The position numbers and the translations under genes were made by a program. Source: Dermatophilaceae bacterium (GTDB taxonomy: Bacteria; Actinomycetota; Actinomycetes; Actinomycetales; Dermatophilaceae). Taken from it: 64,000 nt of DNA. Position 1 is the first letter of the stretch, and every line of letters begins with the position of its first letter. Of this stretch, positions 46,501-54,662 are shown one piece after another. The notes under the pieces were generated by a model. The model had not been told where the DNA came from. It did no database searches and was given only the letters and a program-made list of their open reading frames with translations. The stretch is taken from assembly GCA_036834825.1 (NCBI GenBank), contig DAITND010000001.1, positions 3,309 through 67,308 on the forward strand, in the 5' to 3' direction.

Positions 46501-47736
46501 GACTCTGGCGAAGTGCTATCGGCGGCGGTGAACGACGAGGGCTTCGTGCGATTCCCTCCCCAGTCCACCCGAACCCTGGACATCGCACTGGATCGGGCAA
46601 GAGGCGTCACCAACATCGACTCGGCCACCGGCCTGCGATGGACCCTCCCAGTTGGTCTTTCGGAGGTGCGGGTCCTGGGCGCTGAAGACCCGCGCGGACC
46701 GCTGAACCTGGCTCAACACACTGGCGTCCCATGCGGGTTTGGCCCCACTCTGGTAGTAGATGGCAGGCCCATCCCGACCCGGGTCGAGGGGACTGTGAAG
46801 GACATCGTGAGCCGACAGCCCCTGCGATGGACGGCCTGCGGCTCCAACGCGAAGGCCGATCCGGTGGCCGGCACGGTGGCCCTGGCAGCAGGGGCACACA
46901 GCGTCGTCGCCCGCGCAACGGGTGAGTTCGAGCCCTTGCAGATGTCCTTCACCACTCCGGGCGCGGCAGGCACGACGTCAACGGCACCGGTGGCCGCATC
47001 TCTGCTTCGCGACGACCCCAGCACCATGCGGCTTACCGTGGGCCAGCGGTCGGTGGAGTCCGTCCTGACGGTGGCACAGAACTTCAACGAGGGCTGGTCG
47101 GCGCGCGACGCCAGGGGCGCCTCGCTCGAGCCGATCCGCCTAGACGGCTGGAAACAGGGATGGGTCCTGCCCAGCGGTGCCGCCACGGTCGTGACTGCCC
47201 GGTTCACACCCGACGGTCCATATCGCGATGGGCTGCTTGTGGGGCTGTTGGCCCTTGTCTGCGCGGCAGCCTTGGTGCCAGTGTCACGGCGCCGGTCGTC
47301 GGGCTGGGCAGAGCGCGAGGCCTCGGGCGAAGCCAGGGTGCCGGCGGTGGTCGTCATCGGCTGTGGCGGGGTAGCGCTGGTTTTCATGTCGGGATGGACG
47401 GGGGTGGCGGTCGGCGTCATCGCCGCTCTGGTGGTTCTTGTCCGGGCCGGGGTGCTCCCTGGCTACCGGAGATGGCCCGGTGCCCGCGTCCCGACGCTGA
47501 TCCTGGTGCTGGGGCTGTTAGCCGGGGCGTTGGCTGCGGCGCGGCCCTGGCTTCAAGGCTCGGCGGGCCTGGACTCCACGACGGTTCAAGGTTTGACGTT
47601 GCTGGCCTTCACCCTGGCGTGTGCCGAGGCCTTACGGGACGAGGTGCCCGCGGGAACGTCAGTCGGAGATGGCGAGACATCGAAACGGCGGTCACGGCGA
47701 CCTCGCCTCATGATGGGCCGTTCGACCAGGCGGTAG
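43525..47736 (+). CDS. AftD-like alpha-(1->3)-arabinofuranosyltransferase family protein (GT-C, DUF3367) with discoidin/F5-8-type-C-like modules
   Basis: GTGA overlap with the methyltransferase. The N-terminal part reads [54 protein letters not shown], followed by multiple TM helices. Two carbohydrate-binding-like modules are present ([15 protein letters not shown]...[20 protein letters not shown]...WLKLSW). The C-terminus has TM helices. About 1403 aa from GTG 43525. Confidence 0.8.
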   Translation: [1403 protein letters not shown]

Positions 47737-48869
47737 CTGAGCGTCGCGACTATGACCGAGAGCGACAACGTCAGCCAGAACAGCGTCGCGAACCGTCCGG
47801 TGAACTCGACCTGGCCGGTCAGGCGCTCGACCACGCCCAGGACAATCACGTGATAGGCGAACACGCCGTAGGAGATGTCGCCAAGAAAGTGGCCCACTCG
47901 TCCGCCGAGGATCCGCACGGCCACTGGCTCGCCGGACTCGTTCACGCAGGCGACAGCCGGAAAGACGATCAGCATGGCCAGAACGGCGTAGAGCAGATTC
48001 TTGGTCGCCGCCTGGCCTGCCGAGGAGGGTGACAGATCGTAGGGGCCAGCGAGGGGCGAGGTCGCGAGCGCGAACACCGCCAGGGCGCCAGCCCATACGG
48101 TCCCGGGGTTGTCGGCCAGTTTCCCGAGGAACCCATCCGGTATCAGTCCTTCCGATCTCGCGACCTGCCAAACGGCCAAGGCCATCCCGGTCCCGAACCA
48201 CCCGAGATAGCCCGGGAGCCACAGGCCGCTTGTCGGGTGGCCGTGGGTGGCAGTGACCGCCATCCAGACGGGCCCGGCAACAACGAAGACCCCGAGGACA
48301 ACCAGCTGCCGGCAGACGTCTCTCCGACTCGAGAAGCCCGGACGGGTCAGCAGCCACGCGAGCAGAGGCAACAACACGTAGAAGGCACCTTCAGTGGCCA
48401 GACTCCACATCTGGGTCAGACCGGCGACCTGGTGATTATCGAAGTAGATGTGGATCAGTGCCGCATGCCGCAGATACAGCCCCAGGCCCACCTGCCGGTC
48501 GTGTGGAAGCAGGAAGGCCGCCAGCACGGTGGCGATCCACAGCGCCGGCAGGATTCGAAGCGCGCGGTGCCAGAAGTAGGTGCGCGTCTCCGGGCGGGGC
48601 CTCGCCTCCACCATCGCGACCAGGTGGGGGCGGTAGAGCAGGAACCCTGAGATAGCGAAGAAGATGGCGACGCCAGCGTCGAGCCGGGCCAGAGGTCCTG
48701 TGAACGGTCCGCGCAGTGCGTCCCCGCTCTCGAACCCGACATGGGTGCTCAGGACTGCGAGGGCGCCGATCGCGCGGAGACCGTCCAGGGCTCCGAAACG
48801 ACGTCGAAGAGTGCCAGGCCCCGGCGGCGTCGCAGGTCTGGGTGTTGACGCGGCCTCTTCGGTCGTCAC
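47586..48869 (-). CDS. Acyltransferase family 3 (OafA-like) membrane protein
   Basis: FGALDGLRAIGALAVLSTHVGF...AGVAIFFAISGFLLYRP... is polytopic. Its 3' end overlaps the AftD-like 3' end by 151 nt. Confidence 0.8.
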   Translation of the reverse strand: MTTEEAASTPRPATPPGPGTLRRRFGALDGLRAIGALAVLSTHVGFESGDALRGPFTGPLARLDAGVAIFFAISGFLLYRPHLVAMVEARPRPETRTYFWHRALRILPALWIATVLAAFLLPHDRQVGLGLYLRHAALIHIYFDNHQVAGLTQMWSLATEGAFYVLLPLLAWLLTRPGFSSRRDVCRQLVVLGVFVVAGPVWMAVTATHGHPTSGLWLPGYLGWFGTGMALAVWQVARSEGLIPDGFLGKLADNPGTVWAGALAVFALATSPLAGPYDLSPSSAGQAATKNLLYAVLAMLIVFPAVACVNESGEPVAVRILGGRVGHFLGDISYGVFAYHVIVLGVVERLTGQVEFTGRFATLFWLTLSLSVIVATLSYRLVERPIMRRGRRDRRFDVSPSPTDVPAGTSSRKASAHARVKASNVKP

Positions 48870-50794
48870 TTCTTGGGCGCCGGACTGCCGACTTGGACAT
48901 CGCCGACGCAGACATTCGCATCAGGGTTCATTTCCTCGACCCGCACCTCGTCGCCGCCGCCGGTCATGGGCAGGAAGATCTGGCCCAGGCCCTTGTGCAG
49001 CTGAACCCTCTGCCGGTCTCTGCCGAGCACGACGGCGGCCTGCGTATCGCTGGCCGCCAGGTATCCAACCCGCACCGTCCAGGTCCAGTCATAGGCAGCC
49101 GCGGTCAATGGAACTGCGATCTCACCTGCCTGGGGGGTCCATCCGCATTGGCCGGGTAGTCGCGCCGGTGAGCTCATCCCGGCCACGGTCATCGGTACGA
49201 AATGACCATCCTCGGCCAGGTAGTACGGATTCGTGTATCTCTTGAGCGTGTACATCTCATGCCTGCGTTCGGCAGTCGCGACTGGCGCCATGAACCTGCT
49301 GGTCAGGTTGTAGCTGCCGAACAGCGGTCCCACGACGTCGACCGGGAGCGGCGCGTCGTAGACCTGTGCACTCGCCGGAAGAGTCGTCAGGGACTGTTGG
49401 GCAGTCAGGACAAACTTCCGGAAGGGGTTGGCCGTTGCGACAGTCGCGAAACCGCTGAGCGAATGAAGTGCGAGTGTGACCACAACCAAGCCGGCCGCGG
49501 AGCCGACACCCACGCGGACAGGTCGGGACAGGAGTGCTGAGAGGGAGCGGGCCAGGGGGAGCCAGGCGTTCGCCTCACCGCGCAGAGGCATGAGGCACAT
49601 TCCGACGACGACGCTCAGAGGAAGGACCGAATCCGCGAGATATCGGGTGACGAGCCCGCTCCACTGGCCGAACTGCAACCGGCCCAGGGCGACGACGAAG
49701 AAGGAACACAGCAGGTAGACGCCCAACGAAGCCCACGCCCGACCGATCCGTTGTCGCACCATGAGCGTGCCGGTGATTACGCACAGAGCCAGGACCCAGC
49801 AGATCCATTCGAAGGCTCGCGGTGAGCTCGCCAGGGCGGTCGGTGTCCAGGCCCACGGCCCGCCGAAGACGCCTGGCACGAAATTGCGCAGGAGACTGGT
49901 ATTGGCGAAGTCCCAGAACTGACCGGGTGATGGCAGCACCATCAACGCCGTGCCGTCGCGGGGGCCGGATCTGGTCAGGTAGAAGATGATGAAGCCGACG
50001 GCCGTCCCCAGATAGGAGACCCAGATGAGCCAGGTGCGTTTGAACAGGTCCAGCAGGGGCCGTGGTCGGATCACTGTTCCCGCAGACAGGGCGAGGGTCA
50101 TCACGACCACGAACGGGAAGTAGACCAGGATCTTCTCGAAGCTGGCCATGCCGAACAGAACCCAGAGCGTTGCATAGGCGACTTCACGACGATCGCCCAG
50201 CCTGAGGTATCGGGTGTGATGGCGCAGCGCGCCCGCGAGGGCCGCCGTGAGAGGTAGCGCGGACAGCGCAGCGGCCAGCCAGGTGAAGGCATGCACCGTC
50301 AGCGGGGAGAGGCAGTAGAGGGCGAATGGCACAAGAACCAGCAGCCGCCGTCCGAAGAGCTCGGTGAGCAGGCGCCAGACCAGCACCGCGACCACGAGCT
50401 CACCAAGGATCAACAGGATCGCCGTCGCGCCCCAGTTCCACGGTGCCAGGTGAGCCAGGAGCCACATCACGCCGGCGGTGAAGGGAGTGAGATGGCCGGC
50501 GTCGATCGTGGTGAAGTAACCCCACCCGAGATTCTCCACAGCCTTGGTGGTGAAGACGTAGTCGTCGAAGTTGAAGAAGGCGTCCTTGATGATGCTGAAC
50601 CGGATACCGAGGGCGATCACCAGCACCAGCAGCAGACCGGTTCGCACCGGATCGCGGGCGAGCCAATGATTGCTCGCGGTGTTTCCCGCTGTGGCCGGTT
50701 CTGCCGCATAGGTCTCGTCCGATGCCTGGGCGCCTGCGCTTGACACCGAACTCACCAACCGGTCCTTTCGTCGGAGGCGTTGCGTCCTCTGCAA
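48866..50794 (-). CDS. Uncharacterised large polytopic membrane protein (GT-C-like architecture)
   Basis: 642-aa ORF with about 12 helices followed by a roughly 200-aa soluble C-terminal domain. Its stop overlaps the acyltransferase start by 4 nt. The start codon is uncertain. Confidence 0.6.
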   Translation of the reverse strand: MQRTQRLRRKDRLVSSVSSAGAQASDETYAAEPATAGNTASNHWLARDPVRTGLLLVLVIALGIRFSIIKDAFFNFDDYVFTTKAVENLGWGYFTTIDAGHLTPFTAGVMWLLAHLAPWNWGATAILLILGELVVAVLVWRLLTELFGRRLLVLVPFALYCLSPLTVHAFTWLAAALSALPLTAALAGALRHHTRYLRLGDRREVAYATLWVLFGMASFEKILVYFPFVVVMTLALSAGTVIRPRPLLDLFKRTWLIWVSYLGTAVGFIIFYLTRSGPRDGTALMVLPSPGQFWDFANTSLLRNFVPGVFGGPWAWTPTALASSPRAFEWICWVLALCVITGTLMVRQRIGRAWASLGVYLLCSFFVVALGRLQFGQWSGLVTRYLADSVLPLSVVVGMCLMPLRGEANAWLPLARSLSALLSRPVRVGVGSAAGLVVVTLALHSLSGFATVATANPFRKFVLTAQQSLTTLPASAQVYDAPLPVDVVGPLFGSYNLTSRFMAPVATAERRHEMYTLKRYTNPYYLAEDGHFVPMTVAGMSSPARLPGQCGWTPQAGEIAVPLTAAAYDWTWTVRVGYLAASDTQAAVVLGRDRQRVQLHKGLGQIFLPMTGGGDEVRVEEMNPDANVCVGDVQVGSPAPKK

Positions 50795-50943
50795 GGATGG
50801 CGCCCCTGGTCTTCAACCTGTGATATGGCGAGGTTACCCGTTCGGGTGGTTCGAAACCTGAAGAAGTGCCCGCGCGATAACCCTCCCGGCGCCGCCTACT
50901 CACTGGTATGGTCCGCCAAGACTGTTTCATCAAAGGAGCCGGG

Positions 50944-51906
50944 ATGCGTCGCATAGTGGGCTATGTCTGTCTCTTTCTGGGCGCCCTGGTGCTGATGGTG
51001 GGTGTCCTTGCCAAGCCAGTGCTCTACCACAACCTCGCCAAGGTTCCGCTGGATCAGAAGACAACTCTGGTCTCCATTGGTGAGCACATGTCGGCGCTGC
51101 AGGCTTCCGCAGCGGGCGTGACGGTGCTCACCGATGCCACGCTGCAGAATACGCGCGTCGTGGTGGGCATCCCAGCGAAGGCCAAGGGCAACAGCGCGTT
51201 CTGGGAGTACGTTGTCGTGTCGAAACAGGTGGGTGGGAAGGACCTGGACTACAGCCAGGAAGGCGTGTCGTTCGACCGGGTGAGCGGCCAGGCCACGAAT
51301 TGCTGCGGAGACTACAAGTCCACGGGAACCATCCAAGACCCGTCCGCCATCAAGACTAACTTCACGCACAAAGGGCTCTTCTTCAAGTTCCCGTTCGACA
51401 CCCAGAAGACCACCTACCAGTGGTGGGATGGCGACCTTGGGCGCACTGAGCCGATGAAGTTTCTGCGCACGCAGCAGATCCAGGGCGTGCAGACCTACGT
51501 GTTCCAGCAGAAGACCGGTCCGGAGACCTACGGTAAGCAAGCGGGGGTGCCGGGCTCACTGTTCAACACGACCAAGCCGGTCAATGCCGATGAGATCTAT
51601 CAGAACACGCGCACGCTCTACGTCGAGCCCAATACCGGCCTCATCATCAACGGCGTCGAGCAGCAGAACAAGCGGCTCGAGGCGCCTGGTTTCTCCGCCG
51701 TCCCGATCACCCAGGGCACGATCGGTTACACCGCCGCGACCATCAAGCAGAACATTGCGGACTTGGGTTCCAAGGGCACGCTGCTCGGCTTCATTCACGG
51801 ACCTCTGACCTGGATCGGCCTCCTGCTCGGCCTGCTCCTGATGGGTGCAGGGGCGTTCCTCGCGCTCGGCGGCCCGAAGGCCAAGGCATCCACGACCAGG
51901 CATTAG
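50944..51906 (+). CDS. DUF3068 (PorA-family-like) envelope protein
   Basis: MRRIVGYVCLFLGALVLMVGVLAKPVLYHNLAKVPLDQ... plus a C-terminal TM helix (LTWIGLLLGLLLMGAGAFLAL). Confidence 0.65.
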   Translation: MRRIVGYVCLFLGALVLMVGVLAKPVLYHNLAKVPLDQKTTLVSIGEHMSALQASAAGVTVLTDATLQNTRVVVGIPAKAKGNSAFWEYVVVSKQVGGKDLDYSQEGVSFDRVSGQATNCCGDYKSTGTIQDPSAIKTNFTHKGLFFKFPFDTQKTTYQWWDGDLGRTEPMKFLRTQQIQGVQTYVFQQKTGPETYGKQAGVPGSLFNTTKPVNADEIYQNTRTLYVEPNTGLIINGVEQQNKRLEAPGFSAVPITQGTIGYTAATIKQNIADLGSKGTLLGFIHGPLTWIGLLLGLLLMGAGAFLALGGPKAKASTTRH

Positions 51907-51945
51907 CCCGCCGCGACTGGGCCTGGTCGACCAGAAGTAGTCTGC

Positions 51946-52815
51946 TTACCGGTTTTCGCATACGAAGATTGCCGTCCCCGGAATGAGGGCGCCACGTAGG
52001 GGACTCCACCCGCCCCAGACCTGTTGGTTCCCCGGCGGCCATTCCGGTTCGACCAGATCGACCAGGCGGAGCCCGGCTGCGGTGAGCTCGCGAACCCGAT
52101 CGCCCAGGGTGCGGTGATGTTCGACGTAGGTCGTGGTGCCTGACTCCTGCTCGACATACGCGGTTCGGTCGAAGTAGGAGCTGCTCACGGTCAGCCCCGG
52201 ATAGCCGGGATCATCGGGCAACGCCCACCGGATCGGGTGAGTCGTGGAGAAGACGAACCCCCCGCCGGGGCGAAGCACTCGGGCCACCTGGGCCATCAGC
52301 GCGGCCGAGTCAGCGACGAATGGCACCGCGCCGTATGACGTGAAGACCACATCGAACGAGCAGTCAGCGAACGGGAGGCTGGTCGCGTCGCACTGTACCA
52401 GCGGCACGGTCAACCCCGACTGGGCCGTGAAGCGCCGGTTAAGGTCAGCCCCCTTTCGAAGCATGCCGCCTGAGATGTCGGTGGCTACCACGCTGGCGCC
52501 GCGCCGAGCGGCATACCGGCTGCACTGAGCGGCTCCGGCACCAATCTCGAGCAACTGCGCACCGCGGATCTCCCCAAGCAGACCGGCCTCGGCCTCACGC
52601 AGGCCCTCGGGCCCCCACACGAAGTCGTCGTCGCCAAGGAAGGACCCGTGCTCGGCGTAGTAGCCGTCCGCCTCGACGTCCCACCAGGTCCGGTTGGCTA
52701 GAGCCGTCTCGATCGGATCGGCTTCGCGCCGAGCCGCGCCAGATCGGTCATTGTCTTGGTCTTGGTGGTGGTCTTGGTCGGTGTTTCCTTCAATGTCCTG
52801 GTTCGGGTCGCTCAC
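51946..52815 (-). CDS. Class I SAM-dependent methyltransferase with acidic/His-rich N-terminal tail
   Basis: LLEIGAGAAQCSRYAARRGASVVATDISGGML...LPFADCSFDVVFTSYGAVPF... The N-terminus reads NQDIEGNTDQDHHQDQDND. Confidence 0.8.
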   Translation of the reverse strand: MSDPNQDIEGNTDQDHHQDQDNDRSGAARREADPIETALANRTWWDVEADGYYAEHGSFLGDDDFVWGPEGLREAEAGLLGEIRGAQLLEIGAGAAQCSRYAARRGASVVATDISGGMLRKGADLNRRFTAQSGLTVPLVQCDATSLPFADCSFDVVFTSYGAVPFVADSAALMAQVARVLRPGGGFVFSTTHPIRWALPDDPGYPGLTVSSSYFDRTAYVEQESGTTTYVEHHRTLGDRVRELTAAGLRLVDLVEPEWPPGNQQVWGGWSPLRGALIPGTAIFVCENR

Positions 52816-53044
52816 GCTGACTATCCTGCCCGAGGCCCCTGCGTTGACCTGAGTGAGGCCTCATCGGTAAGGTTTGCAGGTCTGCTACGAAAGCCCTGAG
52901 GTGACCTGCATCGGTCGCCCTCATAAGCGCGTCAGCAAGCGCATCAAAAAGACACCAATTTCCACCCGCACCGTCCACCCGGGCGCCCGACATGTTGTGT
53001 CGCGAGCCTTTAGTCAATCTGTCCACAATCGGAGTCCCAACTAC

Positions 53045-54544
53045 ATGACTGCCAGCCCGGCCGTGAAGGCCAGCCCCCAGGTCGCGATCAACGACATCGG
53101 ATCTGAGGAGGAGCTTCTCGCCGCGATCGACGCGACGATCAAGCACTTCAGCGACGGCGATATCGTCGAAGGAATCATCGTCAAGGTCGACCGCGACGAG
53201 GTCCTGCTCGACATCGGCTACAAGACCGAGGGTGTCATCCCCTCTCGCGAGCTCTCCATCAAGCACGACGTCGACCCGTCCGAGGTCGTTTCCGTGGGTG
53301 ATGCAGTCGAGGCCCTTGTCCTCCAGAAGGAGGACAAGGAGGGCCGGCTGATCCTGTCCAAGAAGCGCGCACAGTCCGAGCGCGCCTGGGGCACGATCGA
53401 GAAGATCAAAGAAGAGGACGGCGTCGTCACGGGTACCGTCATCGAGGTCGTCAAGGGTGGACTCATCCTCGATATCGGCTTGCGCGGGTTCCTGCCTGCC
53501 TCGCTGGTCGAGATGCGCCGCGTCCGCGACCTCCAGCCGTACGTCGGCAAGGAGATCGAGGCCAAGATCATCGAGCTGGACAAGAACCGCAACAACGTGG
53601 TCCTGTCCCGCCGCGCCTGGCTCGAGCAGACCCAGTCCGAGGTTCGCACCACGTTCCTCAAGGAGCTCCAGAAGGGTCAGGTCCGCTCTGGGGTCGTCAG
53701 CAGCATCGTCAACTTCGGCGCCTTCGTGGACCTTGGTGGCGTCGACGGTCTGGTCCACGTCTCCGAGCTGTCCTGGAAGCACATCGACCACCCGTCCGAG
53801 GTCGTCGAGGTCGGCCAGGAGGTCACCGTCGAGGTGCTCGACGTCGACATGGACCGCGAGCGCGTCTCGCTGTCCCTGAAGGCGACGCAGGAAGACCCGT
53901 GGCAGCACTTCGCGCGCACCCACGCGATCGGCCAGGTCGTGCCGGGCAAGGTCACCAAGCTGGTTCCGTTCGGTGCGTTCGTCCGCGTGGACGACGGCAT
54001 CGAGGGCCTGGTCCACATCTCCGAGCTGGCCGAGCGCCACGTGGAGCTGCCGGAGCAGGTTGTCAACGTCGGTGACGACATCTTCGTCAAGGTCATCGAC
54101 ATCGACCTCGAGCGTCGCCGCATCTCGCTCTCGCTCAAGCAGGCCAACGACCCGCAGGGCGCGGTCGCCGAGTTCGACCCGACGATGTACGGCATGGCTG
54201 CCGAGTACGACGAGGCCGGCAACTACAAGTACCCCGAGGGCTTCGACCCCGAGACCAACGAATGGGTCGGCGGTCACGAGGAGCAGCGCGAGAAGTGGGA
54301 GAAGCAGTACGCCCAGGCTCACGCTCGCTGGGAGGCGCACAAGATTCAGGTCGAGGAGGCCATCAAGGCTGACGCCGAGGCTGCAGCCAACCCGGAGAAG
54401 CCGACCAGCTACTCCTCGAACGGTGCATCGTCCCCGGAGTCGAACGGTCCGTCCTCGTCCTCGTCCGACTCGGCGCCCGCTGAGGGCACGCTGGCTTCGG
54501 ATGAGGCGCTCGCCGCTCTGCGTGAGAAGCTCACCGGGAACTAG
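53045..54544 (+). CDS. rpsA: 30S ribosomal protein S1
   Basis: ATG 53045. There are four S1 repeats (GDIVEGIIVKVDRDEVLLDIGYKTEGVIP...; GTVIEVVKGGLILDIG...; GVVSSIVNFGAFVDLGG...; GKVTKLVPFGAFVRVDDG...). Confidence 0.95.
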   Translation: MTASPAVKASPQVAINDIGSEEELLAAIDATIKHFSDGDIVEGIIVKVDRDEVLLDIGYKTEGVIPSRELSIKHDVDPSEVVSVGDAVEALVLQKEDKEGRLILSKKRAQSERAWGTIEKIKEEDGVVTGTVIEVVKGGLILDIGLRGFLPASLVEMRRVRDLQPYVGKEIEAKIIELDKNRNNVVLSRRAWLEQTQSEVRTTFLKELQKGQVRSGVVSSIVNFGAFVDLGGVDGLVHVSELSWKHIDHPSEVVEVGQEVTVEVLDVDMDRERVSLSLKATQEDPWQHFARTHAIGQVVPGKVTKLVPFGAFVRVDDGIEGLVHISELAERHVELPEQVVNVGDDIFVKVIDIDLERRRISLSLKQANDPQGAVAEFDPTMYGMAAEYDEAGNYKYPEGFDPETNEWVGGHEEQREKWEKQYAQAHARWEAHKIQVEEAIKADAEAAANPEKPTSYSSNGASSPESNGPSSSSSDSAPAEGTLASDEALAALREKLTGN

Positions 54545-54662
54545 GTCTGATCGAGTCACTGGCATCATCACGAAGGCCCCCGTCACGACGGGGGCCTTCG
54601 TGCGCTCGGGCTTGAGTGGGGGAGACCAGGAATCGAGCCTTGATCGCGCTAGAGTCGGGCGC

